A stretch of 64,000 bases of DNA from Betaproteobacteria bacterium (GCA_031414995.1 JANOQY010000427.1:1-64000); one strand, 5' to 3'; shown: positions 37,171-46,474, counted from the first letter of the stretch. Notes: generated by a model not told the origin, from the letters alone. Made by a program: numbers and translations.

Positions 37171-37506
37171 GGTGATCTCCCATTTCTGTAATTAACTTCA
37201 AGACTGCGCAGTCACTGTCGAAAACCATTAGTTATTTTTGAAGCCCGCTGCTTTTCGACAAAACTTGTGATGACTGCATTCTGAGCATTCGCATTGCCCA
37301 ACTGAATCCGAAGTTGACCAAGAGTATCGTCAGGGTTCGCGCTGTCGGCCGCGTAGGAATTTGCCTTACAAGCCGGTGATCGCGTTGCGGCTGATCTGAG
37401 CAAACAGCAACGCATCTGCATCGATTTGCAGATAAGAATTGCCGCACAAACGCGGAGCAGCGTTGCCAAAAATTACTGTGTGCGGCTACAAGAAAAAACT
37501 CCGCCC

Positions 37507-37534
37507 TAAAGTTTCGCCGAACCTTGCCCGATAA
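37507..37534 (+). promoter_or_regulatory. Sigma-28 promoter of the flagellin gene
   Basis: TAAAGTTT-N11/12-(G)CCCGATAA lies about 120 nt upstream of the fliC ATG. Confidence 0.6.
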
Positions 37535-37656
37535 GTATCGTACAGGTGGTTCGAACTGGAATAGAGAACCCCTCAGCAGGCCCGGCAATATCGGGCGTTT
37601 TGGACCTCCCCGAATACTCGGGCTTGTTACTAATTCTCTATCACTAGGAGCTAAAA

Positions 37657-38811
37657 ATGTCTGGAATCAACACCAACGTCGCATCACTGAATGCCCAACG
37701 AAATTTGATGACTTCACAAATGTCTTTGCAAACGTCGATCCAGCGCTTGTCCTCAGGCTTGCGCGTAAACAGCGCCAAGGACGATGCGGCTGGACTCAGC
37801 ATTGCAGACCGCATGAACACGCAGATACGTGGCCTGTCTGTTGCGGCCCGTAATGCAAGCGACGGCATTTCGCTCTCGCAAACGGCTGAAGGGGCGCTCG
37901 GCAAAGTCGGCGACATGCTGCAACGCATGCGCGAGCTGGCCGTGCAATCATCCAACGCCACAAATACCCAATCAGATCGAAATTCTCTTGATGACGAGGT
38001 CACACAACTCAAAGCCGAGATCAACCGCGTCGCAACGCAAACATCGTTCAACGGTGTGAAGCTGCTCGATGGCTCGTTCAGCGGTGCAAATTTCCAGGTC
38101 GGCGCGAATGCTGCCGAAACCATCAACGTCGCAAGCATTACCAATGCACAGACCGCCGTCCTCGGCGGCACGGTAAACATTGCGACCACTTCAGCTGCAG
38201 CAAGCGGGATCTCCGGTTTCGCGACGGCTATTGCCGCTGGTGGTGTCGTTGTCAACGGTGTTGATATCGGCGTCGTCTCTGCTGCCGGTTCGGCGCTAGA
38301 GCGTGCGGGTCAATTGGTAAATGCGGTCAATCTTGTATCCGGGCAAACCAACGTTGGTGCCTCATATGACTCAGCTACCGGCCAGATTACCCTGCGCAGC
38401 TCAACGGGTGGCATCACCACAACAGGCACGACAAACTCTGCCACGGTAGCCGGATTCACCAATGCCACTGGCACCGTCGCAGCAGTCGCAACTACCGGTA
38501 TCTCTGCTTTGAACGTGCAGTCATACTCCAACTCGCAACTCGCGCTGACACAGATTGATGCGGCATTGTCACAAGTCAATACCGCGCGCGGTAATCTGGG
38601 TGCGATTCAGGGCCGCTTTGAAAACGCAATCGACAGTATCAGCGTTACGGCCGAGAACGTCACGACGGCACGAGGTCGGATTATCGATGCCGACTTCGCA
38701 AAAGAGTCGGCTAACCTGGCCCGCGCCCAAGTGCTGCAACAAGCAGGCACAGCGATGGTCGCGCAAGCGAATGCGTTGCCAAACGGTGTGATGCAATTAC
38801 TCCGGGGTTAA
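37657..38811 (+). CDS. fliC: Flagellin FliC
   Basis: N-terminus MSGINTNVASLNAQRNLMTSQMSLQTSIQRLSSGLRVNSAKDDAAGLSIADRM; C-terminus QAGTAMVAQANALPNGVMQLLRG; TAGGAG SD. Length 384 aa. Confidence 0.97.
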   Translation: MSGINTNVASLNAQRNLMTSQMSLQTSIQRLSSGLRVNSAKDDAAGLSIADRMNTQIRGLSVAARNASDGISLSQTAEGALGKVGDMLQRMRELAVQSSNATNTQSDRNSLDDEVTQLKAEINRVATQTSFNGVKLLDGSFSGANFQVGANAAETINVASITNAQTAVLGGTVNIATTSAAASGISGFATAIAAGGVVVNGVDIGVVSAAGSALERAGQLVNAVNLVSGQTNVGASYDSATGQITLRSSTGGITTTGTTNSATVAGFTNATGTVAAVATTGISALNVQSYSNSQLALTQIDAALSQVNTARGNLGAIQGRFENAIDSISVTAENVTTARGRIIDADFAKESANLARAQVLQQAGTAMVAQANALPNGVMQLLRG

Positions 38812-38839
38812 CCAATAGGACGCCTTGAGCAAGTATCAG

Positions 38840-38878
38840 TGCAGTAGAGAGTCGCCGAAAAGGCGAATCTCTACTGCA
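38840..38878 (+). terminator. Strong hairpin downstream of fliC (probable terminator, no clear U-tract)
   Basis: tgcagtagagagtcgcc-gaaaa-ggcgaatctctactgca forms a 17-bp stem with one mismatch, 29 nt after the fliC stop. Confidence 0.55.
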
Positions 38879-38932
38879 GCTTGCATCGACCGCAGCAAAA
38901 AAGCTATCGGTTGATTCTGTTAAGGGGTAGAT

Positions 38933-39295
38933 ATGAATATTCCCACCGCGAACGCATCAGCCAGACTTGGCGATCCCATTGCACAGCCGCTCCAGCCTCG
39001 GCTACGAACGGAGCCCGAGGCCGCCCCAAAGCTGGTTGATGACGAGTATGGAACCGCACCCACCAATGCCGAATCCGACGAATCGCTGCTAACCGAATTA
39101 GCTGCAGCTAATTTGAAGCTGGCTAACGGTGGCAATGAGTTGCGGTTTGAGTATGACCGCGACGCTAGTCGGCTGATCGTGCGTCTCGTCGACCTAAACA
39201 CGCGCGAAGTATTGCGACAATTCCCGTCTGACGATGCGCTGCGTGCAGCGCGACTTATCAAGTCGGGCAAACCACTTATTAGTATGCAAGCCTGA
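38933..39295 (+). CDS. flaG: Flagellar protein FlaG
   Basis: 120 aa. FlaG-type C-terminal half (LRFEYDRDASRLIVRLVDLNTREVLRQFPSDDAL). It lies between fliC and fliD. Confidence 0.82.
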   Translation: MNIPTANASARLGDPIAQPLQPRLRTEPEAAPKLVDDEYGTAPTNAESDESLLTELAAANLKLANGGNELRFEYDRDASRLIVRLVDLNTREVLRQFPSDDALRAARLIKSGKPLISMQA

Positions 39296-39314
39296 CGCTT
39301 GCAAGGAGACCGAC

Positions 39315-40727
39315 ATGCCGCTATCTGCACCCGGAATTGGTAGCAACCTCGATGTCAATGGCCTCGTCACACAATTGATGGCCATCGAGCGCCAACCTCT
39401 CGCGCTTTCGCAACAACGAGAGGCCCGAGTGCAGGCGCAGCTCTCCGCTTATGGCCTGCTGCAAAGCCAGATTGCGTCATTTGGTGATGCAGCTGCCGCG
39501 CTGGGCAAACCGGAAAAACTCTCCGCCTACAAGACGTTGGTTGCGGACCCTGAAGTGGCAAGCGTCAGCGCCAGCAGCAGCGCGGTCGCAGCAAGTTACT
39601 CGCTTGAAGTTGAACAACTCGCAAAGGTAGACAAGCTCGCCACCGGTGCGTTTACCAGCGCCAGTAGCGTGGTCGGCACAGGCTCGTTGACGATTTCACT
39701 TGGAACGTTTGAAAGTATCGGTAACACGTTCACGCCGCGCACCGATAAGTTGCCGCTCATCATCACAATTGATTCAGGCAACAATACGCTTGCCGGTGTG
39801 CGCGATGCCATCAATGCAGCGCAAAGCGGTGTTAGCGCCACCATTGTCACAGACAGCAGCGGCGCGCGTCTGGTCATTGCCAGCACCGAAACTGGTAGCA
39901 AAAACGCTCTCAAGATCGACGCGCCGGGTCTCGCGGCACTTGCGTTCGACCCCACCGTTAGCGGCGTTCAGGCAGTCAGCCGATTGCAGACTGCGCAAGA
40001 CGCCAAGCTGAGCATAGATGGCCTTAATATCGTCAGCGCTTCAAACCAGATCGCCGGCGCCATTGACGGCCTAACAATAAATTTGACCAAAGCAAAACCG
40101 GGAACGCAAACAACGCTGGCGGTAGCGCAAGACAATGAAAGCGTAAAACAGACATTGCGCGAATTCATCAATAGCTACAACGCGCTCAATGCAATGGCGC
40201 GCAGTTACACAAAGTATGACGCGGCTACCAACATCAAAGGTACATTGCAGGGCGAGGTCACAGCGGTATCAGTAATCAACCAACTGCGCACGACCATCTC
40301 AGGTGCGATTCCCGGCACCACCAGCGACTTTACGCAGCTCAGCGATGTCGGCATTACGCTCCAGCTCGACGGATCCCTCAAACTTGACGATAGCAAGCTG
40401 GCGGCCGCCACCTTAGCGGGCTTTGGCAAGCTGACCCGGCTATTTGTTGCGACAACGTCCAATCCCGACACATATGTCACTCGCGCGAAGTCCTATGTCG
40501 ACAAAACCCAAGGTATAAACGGACTCATTGCCTCCAAAACGGAAGGTTTGTCGATGACCATCAAACAGCTCGATAAAGAGCAGGAGAAAATCAACTCGCG
40601 GCTGGCTGGTGTAGAGGCGCGTTTGCGTCGGCAGTTTAATGCCCTCGATTCAAAACTAGCCTCGCAGAACGCCGTTTCAGCATATCTGACCAGCCAGGTT
40701 GCCGTCTGGAGCAGTGCAAATAACTAG
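39315..40727 (+). CDS. fliD: Flagellar filament cap protein FliD
   Basis: MPLSAPGIGSNLDVNGLVTQLMAIERQPL. ATG 39315 follows AAGGAG. The ORF-track start at 39234 overlaps flaG. Confidence 0.94.
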   Translation: MPLSAPGIGSNLDVNGLVTQLMAIERQPLALSQQREARVQAQLSAYGLLQSQIASFGDAAAALGKPEKLSAYKTLVADPEVASVSASSSAVAASYSLEVEQLAKVDKLATGAFTSASSVVGTGSLTISLGTFESIGNTFTPRTDKLPLIITIDSGNNTLAGVRDAINAAQSGVSATIVTDSSGARLVIASTETGSKNALKIDAPGLAALAFDPTVSGVQAVSRLQTAQDAKLSIDGLNIVSASNQIAGAIDGLTINLTKAKPGTQTTLAVAQDNESVKQTLREFINSYNALNAMARSYTKYDAATNIKGTLQGEVTAVSVINQLRTTISGAIPGTTSDFTQLSDVGITLQLDGSLKLDDSKLAAATLAGFGKLTRLFVATTSNPDTYVTRAKSYVDKTQGINGLIASKTEGLSMTIKQLDKEQEKINSRLAGVEARLRRQFNALDSKLASQNAVSAYLTSQVAVWSSANN

Positions 40728-40823
40728 CCAATAATTCGCCATATTTTGTGCGGCGCAGGTCTAACAGAATCGCCAAATCAGCCGATAAATAAAGTATCTC
40801 CTCTACACTGCGCAATCGAAAAC

Positions 40824-41279
40824 ATGGCCCACTACGCTCGTTTCGCCGCAAATGCCTACGCCTCGATAGATGTTGCCACTGGTGTGGCCTCAGCCTCACC
40901 GCATCGCCTCACGTTGATGTTGTATGAGGCGGCGCTGAAGCACATGGACAAGGCTCAGGCACAAATGGCAGCCGGACACATTGCCGAAAAAGGCGCGGCA
41001 ATCACGATGGCGATCCGTATCCTCGATGAAGGCCTGAAGGGGACACTCGACCTTTCACAGGGTGAGTTGGCGCACAACCTGAAATCGCTCTATGAATACA
41101 TCAACAACTGCCTGCTCAAGGCCAATTTGCGCAACGATGCAGCGCTGCTGGCCGAAGCCCGCACATTGCTCGCTGGCATGCGCGACACCTGGGCGGCCAT
41201 CGCTCCTGTTGCAGCCCCATTGCAAATGAGGATGCTTTCGCCGGCTACCTTTTCAACCCTTGGCATAGCTGCCGCATAA
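40824..41279 (+). CDS. fliS: Flagellin-specific chaperone FliS
   Basis: AYASIDVATGVASASPHRLTLMLYEAAL and ..LYEYINNCLLKANL..; start at the internal ATG 40824. Confidence 0.9.
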   Translation: MAHYARFAANAYASIDVATGVASASPHRLTLMLYEAALKHMDKAQAQMAAGHIAEKGAAITMAIRILDEGLKGTLDLSQGELAHNLKSLYEYINNCLLKANLRNDAALLAEARTLLAGMRDTWAAIAPVAAPLQMRMLSPATFSTLGIAAA

Positions 41280-41291
41280 CCTGAAGCCACC

Positions 41292-41615
41292 ATGAATGCC
41301 GATCACCTGCTTGGGCGCTGCGAAGAAATCGCTAACATTAGCGCGTGGATGCTGGCAGCTGCGCGCGACGGCAACTGGAAAGAAGTCGATAGCCTCAAGA
41401 TGCGGGCTGGCATTGCCATCAACGAAGTTCGCGAGCTCTCTTCCGTCGTCACGCTTTCTGCCGACGAGCGCAAGCGCAAACTTGCCTCCATACAACAAAT
41501 TCTTGCCAATGACGGGCAGATTCAGGAGCTTTCACAGCCTTGGCTGAAGCGGGTAGCCCGCTGGCTGCCTGCTGGTGGTGTGTCACCCGGAAGCTTCGAA
41601 AAAATGTTGCGATGA
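41292..41615 (+). CDS. fliT: Flagellar chaperone FliT (probable)
   Basis: 107-aa helical protein directly after fliS (NISAWMLAAARDGNWKEVDSLKMRAG). The call rests on position and size. Confidence 0.7.
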   Translation: MNADHLLGRCEEIANISAWMLAAARDGNWKEVDSLKMRAGIAINEVRELSSVVTLSADERKRKLASIQQILANDGQIQELSQPWLKRVARWLPAGGVSPGSFEKMLR

Positions 41616-41836
41616 ATACCATTGCGCCGGTTGATCGCGTAGGCGGCCTCACACCATTGTTGCGTCGCGAATATCCGGTCCCGACAACGCAGGGCGATCA
41701 ATCTGGCGAGCATGAGCCGCCGAGCGGGGATGACGCGCGCAACAAGCGACGCGAGTCACCAGTTATCGAGGTTCCCACCGTCTCGCCCAACTCTGCATTC
41801 GGAAAAATTATCAATACGTTCGCTATTTCCCGATAG
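41612..41836 (+). CDS. Hypothetical 74-aa protein, translationally coupled to fliT
   Basis: ATG 41612 overlaps the fliT TGA (ATGA). The predicted protein is Pro- and charge-rich and probably disordered (MNTIAPVDRVGGLTPLLRREYPVPTTQGDQSGEHEPPSG...). I recognise no family. Confidence 0.45.
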   Translation: MNTIAPVDRVGGLTPLLRREYPVPTTQGDQSGEHEPPSGDDARNKRRESPVIEVPTVSPNSAFGKIINTFAISR

Positions 41837-41858
41837 TGCAGTGAAGAACACCCAAAAA

Positions 41859-42653
41859 ATGAACTCAGGCTCCCTTGCCAACGCAGCGCACGCAACGACA
41901 GTCTCTTTGCTGCCAGAGCCATTGATTGGCGACCTTGAGCCATACCTTGTTCATTCACACATAGATATACTGGCCAACCTGCGTCGGCTCATCGATCAAC
42001 ACGCGCTGGTCTCCGTCTACTTCGACCAAGGTGCGAGCTTCATCGTTACGCGGTTGCTCGGCGTCAATCCGGAATTCGAGGAGTTGATATTTGATTTATC
42101 GCCCGATGAGCGAACAAACGAGAAACTGCTAGCGTCCAGCAGCCTGACGATGGTTGCGTTCCTCAATCATATAAAAGTGCAGTTCACGGTCAACCATGCC
42201 GAATTGACGCAATTTCAAGGGGGTCCTGCTTTCCGCGCGCGTTCCCCGCGCTCCATACTGAGACTACAGAGGCGCACCGCGTTTCGTGCCCGTACCCCGA
42301 TGGCAAGAAGTCCTTATGTGCTGTTATCGCCAACACCTGACAAGAGTGGTAAATCAGATACGTCGCGACTGAGAGTCGCCGAAATCAGTGCTACTGGCTT
42401 CGCGTTCGTCGCCTCAATAGGTCGTCCAGTCCTGACGGCGGGCTTGCGCCTACCGGGATGCCTGCTTGAATTGCAGGCTGGTGAATCATTCGATGTCGAT
42501 ATCGATATTCGCCATGTTTTGATGTTCAAGGATGGCTTTGGCAGGGGTATGTGCCGCGCTGGCTGCCGACTACTGAATATGTCCGGGTCAACAGAAATGG
42601 CAATTCAACGTCACGTAAACCAACTTGCAGCCGCTAGATTGCAAAATCCGTAG
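41859..42653 (+). CDS. ycgR: YcgR-like flagellar brake protein (PilZN + PilZ c-di-GMP-binding domain)
   Basis: The PilZ motifs are RLQRRTAFR (RxxxR) and EISATGFAF (D/NxSxxG-like). The N-terminal half is YcgR_N-like. The start is uncertain: ATG 41859 or GTG 41841. Confidence 0.8.
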   Translation: MNSGSLANAAHATTVSLLPEPLIGDLEPYLVHSHIDILANLRRLIDQHALVSVYFDQGASFIVTRLLGVNPEFEELIFDLSPDERTNEKLLASSSLTMVAFLNHIKVQFTVNHAELTQFQGGPAFRARSPRSILRLQRRTAFRARTPMARSPYVLLSPTPDKSGKSDTSRLRVAEISATGFAFVASIGRPVLTAGLRLPGCLLELQAGESFDVDIDIRHVLMFKDGFGRGMCRAGCRLLNMSGSTEMAIQRHVNQLAAARLQNP

Positions 42654-42662
42654 CTGCCGGCG

Positions 42663-42974
42663 CTAGACCTGCATGTTCATCATTTCGTTGTAGGCAGTGA
42701 CGAGCTTGTTGCGCACTTGTACAACTGCCTGGAACGAAAGCGATGATTGCTGCATGGCAATCATGGTTTCTTCCAGCGAAACATTGGGACTCTCCGCCTG
42801 AAACTCGCGCGCCATGGTTCGTGATTGATCTTGCAGACGGCTCACATTTGCCAGTGCATTTTCCAGCGACTTGCCAAAACTGACGCCATCTGACTTGTTG
42901 GTGCCAGACAGCGTAGATGTGCCGTCAATGCCGCCCAGCGCACTAGCGCGACCGATTGAAGAGATTGGATCCAT
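42663..42974 (-). CDS. fliE: Flagellar hook-basal body protein FliE
   Basis: 103 aa from ATG 42974 (AAGGAG SD), with C-terminus FQAVVQVRNKLVTAYNEMMNMQV. It is divergent from fliF. Confidence 0.93.
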   Translation of the reverse strand: MDPISSIGRASALGGIDGTSTLSGTNKSDGVSFGKSLENALANVSRLQDQSRTMAREFQAESPNVSLEETMIAMQQSSLSFQAVVQVRNKLVTAYNEMMNMQV

Positions 42975-43177
42975 GCATAAACTCCTTGGCGCAACGCCGG
43001 GACGACTGTTGGTGCGCCCGCAGCAGGGATCAAACAATAACAGCATGAGCGTGCTGGATAGCAGCCGAAGTAGCCGGGGAATTACACCCTTTTCGCCGTT
43101 TTGGCTCATTTGCGACACGAGCAAAATAGCATTCATCCAATTTCATCAATACGCTTCGCCCAACCCTTCAGGCAAAC

Positions 43178-44848
43178 ATGGCCGCGATAATTCCCGCTAG
43201 CGCTTTACCAATACCCGCTGCCGCCCCCAACAGAGGTGGCTTTACGCCAAACGGGCAAAGGAATCTCATGCGGCTTGGTGTTGGGTTCGCCCTTCTGGTC
43301 GCACTGATTGCCGCCGCAGTCATGTGGGGGAAAACTCCGGATTATAAAGTTCTCTATTCAAACCTCTCTGATAAGGACGGGGGCGCTATTGTCGCGCAAC
43401 TGTCGCAAATGAACATTGTCTACAAGCATGCCGACGGCGGTGGTGCAATTCTGGTGCCGTCAGATCAGGTGCACGATGCCCGCCTCAGACTGGCTTCGCA
43501 GGGTCTGCCCAAGGGCAGCACTGTCGGTTTCGAGCTTCTGGAGAATCAGCGTTTTGGGGCCACCCAGTTTCAGGAACAGGTGAATTTCCAGAGAGGTCTG
43601 GAAGGCGAGTTGGCAAAGTCGATCCAGTCACTTTCGTCGGTGCAGAGCGCGCGGGTGCATCTGGCTCTGCCCAAGCAGTCGGCGTTCCTGCGTGAACAGC
43701 AAAAGCCCTCGGCGTCGGTTATCTTAAATTTGTATCCCGGCCGCACTCTGGACCGCGCCCAAGTTGCGGGCATTGTCCATCTGGTGTCATCAAGCGTGCC
43801 CGACTTGCCGATGAAAAATGTAACGGCACTCGATCAGCACGGCACTCTACTCTCAAGTGCGGGGGATGCAAACAATGCTGGCGGCCTTGATCCGGACAAA
43901 CTGAACTACGTTCAACAACTCGAGCAAAGTTACATACGGCGCGTGACCGACTTGTTGGAACCAATTGTTGGTCGCAATAATGTCCGCGCGCAGATTACAG
44001 CCGATGTCGACTTTGTAGCCGTTGAACAAACGGCCGAATCGTTCAAGCCCAACGTCGGTGTCGCCAGCGTCCGCAGTACAGCCCTCAACGAATCAAACGC
44101 CGTCGCAGGTTCTGGCGCGCAAGGTGTGCCTGGCGCGCTGAGCAACCAACCGCCCGCCAATCCAACTGCACCGTTACAGGGTGCCAGTGGTGCTCCATCT
44201 ACTATCGCCACTCAAAACGGCAATGGCGGGCCGGGCAAGCGTGAACTAACGACCAACTACGAAGTTGACAAAACGACACGGCTAGAGAAGCGCCCAGTCG
44301 GCGCGGTCAAGCGTTTGTCCGCGGCCGTCGTCGTTAACAATAACCGTGTTGTGGATAAAGATGGCAAGGTAACGATGCAGCCGTTATCTGAAGCCGATCT
44401 AACCAAGATCACCTCGCTCGTGCGTGAGGCTGTCGGCTTTTCACAAACTCGTGGCGACACACTGAATGTGGTCAACGTGCCGTTCAGCGTCGATGAGAAA
44501 ATCACGGAGGCCGAAGTCCCGCTTTGGAAGCAACCAGAAAATATTTCCTTGGCCAAGGAAGTCGGGAAGGGACTTGCATTGCTGGCTGGACTCCTGGTGC
44601 TGGTCTTCGGCGTGATCCGCCCAGCGATGCGCAGCGTTGGAAATAGCCAGGCCCAGATCCCCCCTATGGGCGACGCAAGTGGTAACGCGCTGTCTGCACC
44701 GGACGCCGTCTATATGCCGGGCCAGCCCGGAACACAGCTATCAGCCACCAACAGTGCTGCGCAACTGATGGAAGTGCGGCGGCTCGTCAAGACGAATCCG
44801 GCAACAGTCGCCAATGTCGTCCGCGCATGGGTGAACCAAGATGGCTGA
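43178..44848 (+). CDS. fliF: Flagellar MS-ring protein FliF
   Basis: 556 aa: N-terminal TM segment, YscJ/FliF-type periplasmic region (YKVLYSNLSDKDGGAIVAQLSQMNIVYK), and a C-terminal TM segment. Confidence 0.96.
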   Translation: MAAIIPASALPIPAAAPNRGGFTPNGQRNLMRLGVGFALLVALIAAAVMWGKTPDYKVLYSNLSDKDGGAIVAQLSQMNIVYKHADGGGAILVPSDQVHDARLRLASQGLPKGSTVGFELLENQRFGATQFQEQVNFQRGLEGELAKSIQSLSSVQSARVHLALPKQSAFLREQQKPSASVILNLYPGRTLDRAQVAGIVHLVSSSVPDLPMKNVTALDQHGTLLSSAGDANNAGGLDPDKLNYVQQLEQSYIRRVTDLLEPIVGRNNVRAQITADVDFVAVEQTAESFKPNVGVASVRSTALNESNAVAGSGAQGVPGALSNQPPANPTAPLQGASGAPSTIATQNGNGGPGKRELTTNYEVDKTTRLEKRPVGAVKRLSAAVVVNNNRVVDKDGKVTMQPLSEADLTKITSLVREAVGFSQTRGDTLNVVNVPFSVDEKITEAEVPLWKQPENISLAKEVGKGLALLAGLLVLVFGVIRPAMRSVGNSQAQIPPMGDASGNALSAPDAVYMPGQPGTQLSATNSAAQLMEVRRLVKTNPATVANVVRAWVNQDG

Positions 44849-45836
44849 TGACGGACTTGTCAACGCAGCCATCCTGCTGATGTCCATCGGCGAGGAGGCT
44901 GCCGCCGAAGTGTTTAAGTATCTTTCGCCGAAAGAGGTGCAGTCGCTGGGCGAGACCATGGCCAAGCTCAAGGTAGTCGACTCCGGCAAAGTTGGTGCTG
45001 TGCTGAACACTTTCACGGAGACCAGCGACGCGCGGCATTCACTGGTCTCAGATACTGATGAATACGTTCGAAATGTCATGAACAAGGCACTCGGCGCTGA
45101 GAAAGCCGGCTTCCTTCTTGATCGCATCCTGCAAACCAAGGACGACTCCGGCATTGAAGGGCTGAAGTGGATGGACCCGGCAGCCGTCGCGGAATTGATC
45201 TGCAACGAACATCCGCAGATCATCGCCTCGATTCTGGTCCACCTCGAGCATAGCCAGGCATCTTCTATTTTGGCGCTGATGACAGAACGTACCCGCAACG
45301 ACGTGATTCTGCGCATCGCCACTCTGGATGGCATTCAGCCAAACGCACTCAAGGAATTGAATGAGGTGTTGACCAAAGCGTTGGCCGGTGGAGAAAAGGG
45401 AAAGAAGAATGCGCTCGGCGGTATCAAGACGGCGGCCGAGATTCTTAATTTTCTGGGGTCGAACATCGAGACAGCAACGGTCGAGTCGATCCGTGAGTAC
45501 GATCCGGACCTCGCACAAAAAATCATGGACCAAATGTTTACGTTCGACAACGTACTCGCACTTGACGACAAGGCCATCCAGCTGGTCTTGCGCGAAGTGC
45601 AATCGGAATCTTTGGTGGTTGCACTCAAAGGCGCTGACGTTGCATTGCGCGAGAAAATATTCAAAAACATGTCACAACGGGCGGCAGAAATGCTGCGTGA
45701 TGACCTCGAATCCAAAGGGCCGGTAAGGCTTTCCGAAGTCGAGGCCGAGCAAAAAGAGATGCTCAAGATCATTCGCCGTCTCGCCGAGGAGGGACAGATC
45801 GCCCTTGGCGGAAAAGGGGAGGAGAGCTTTGTCTAG
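44841..45836 (+). CDS. fliG: Flagellar motor switch protein FliG
   Basis: 331 aa: AAILLMSIGEEAAAEVFKYLSPKEVQ and a C-terminal torque helix region (MSQRAAEMLRDDLE). Confidence 0.97.
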   Translation: MADDGLVNAAILLMSIGEEAAAEVFKYLSPKEVQSLGETMAKLKVVDSGKVGAVLNTFTETSDARHSLVSDTDEYVRNVMNKALGAEKAGFLLDRILQTKDDSGIEGLKWMDPAAVAELICNEHPQIIASILVHLEHSQASSILALMTERTRNDVILRIATLDGIQPNALKELNEVLTKALAGGEKGKKNALGGIKTAAEILNFLGSNIETATVESIREYDPDLAQKIMDQMFTFDNVLALDDKAIQLVLREVQSESLVVALKGADVALREKIFKNMSQRAAEMLRDDLESKGPVRLSEVEAEQKEMLKIIRRLAEEGQIALGGKGEESFV

Positions 45837-46473
45837 CCGCTTCATTCCACGCGACCAGTTGTCGGCTGTGTTGCCTTGGCAACTAGCGGCGCTCGACCCG
45901 CATTGCACCAAACGCAAATCAGGCTTGATGGATACAGCCACAGAAACTGAGTTGGCAGGCGCTGCAGTCAATCGCGCGCGCGATGAGGGATTCCGTCACG
46001 GTCTTGAGGTCGGATACACTCAAGGTCATGCCGCATGCGAGGCCAAAACGCTGCGTCACAATCAACACCTGACGACGATATCAGCGGCATTGGAGTCCGC
46101 TGTGGCAGCACTCGACGAAACAGTTGCCAACGACCTTGTCCAACTGGCACTGGAACTTGCCCGCCAAGTAGTTCGTGCACATATAGATACGCATCCTGAG
46201 ACTTTGGTGCCGGTGGTGCGAGAAGCTCTTAACAGCGTTATCGCCATCGCCAAGCATCCGCGTCTGGTGATGCATCCCGATGACGCCCAAATGATCACGC
46301 GAGAAATGGCTGTTGAGCTTGGCGTGCTCAATTGCAGCATCACGCCGGATGACCACGTTGCACGCGGCGGCGTACGTATCGAAGATGCAAACTTCGAACT
46401 CGACGCGACGCTCCCAACCCGCTGGAGCCGCACGCTCGCCACGTTGGGGCTCAAAGATGACTGGCTCGCTTAA
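45805..46473 (+). CDS. fliH: Flagellar export apparatus protein FliH
   Basis: FliH-type C-terminal domain ([13 protein letters not shown]...[10 protein letters not shown]...[16 protein letters not shown]). The start is uncertain: 45805 overlaps fliG, and TTG 45829 is an alternative. Confidence 0.82.
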   Translation: MAEKGRRALSSRFIPRDQLSAVLPWQLAALDPHCTKRKSGLMDTATETELAGAAVNRARDEGFRHGLEVGYTQGHAACEAKTLRHNQHLTTISAALESAVAALDETVANDLVQLALELARQVVRAHIDTHPETLVPVVREALNSVIAIAKHPRLVMHPDDAQMITREMAVELGVLNCSITPDDHVARGGVRIEDANFELDATLPTRWSRTLATLGLKDDWLA

Positions 46474-46474
46474 T

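Noticed and set aside
37212-37588. Two overlapping minus-strand ORFs (85 and 118 aa) in the flhD-fliC intergenic region.
   Set aside because: They are Cys/Arg-rich with implausible composition, have no SD, and overlap the fliC promoter. The region is better explained as flhDC regulatory DNA.
37644-38255. Long antisense or alternative-frame ORFs in the track. Examples are 37644-38255 opposite fliC, 1517-2209 and 2210-2767 opposite the MCP gene, 29167-29838 opposite flhF, 53270-53920 opposite fliR and 58409-59194 opposite leuS.
   Set aside because: Each lies entirely within a gene whose product I recognise unambiguously on the other strand or frame. Their translations are Arg/Ser/Pro/Ala-rich low-complexity sequence, typical of shadow ORFs in GC-rich DNA. 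None has an SD or a recognisable motif.
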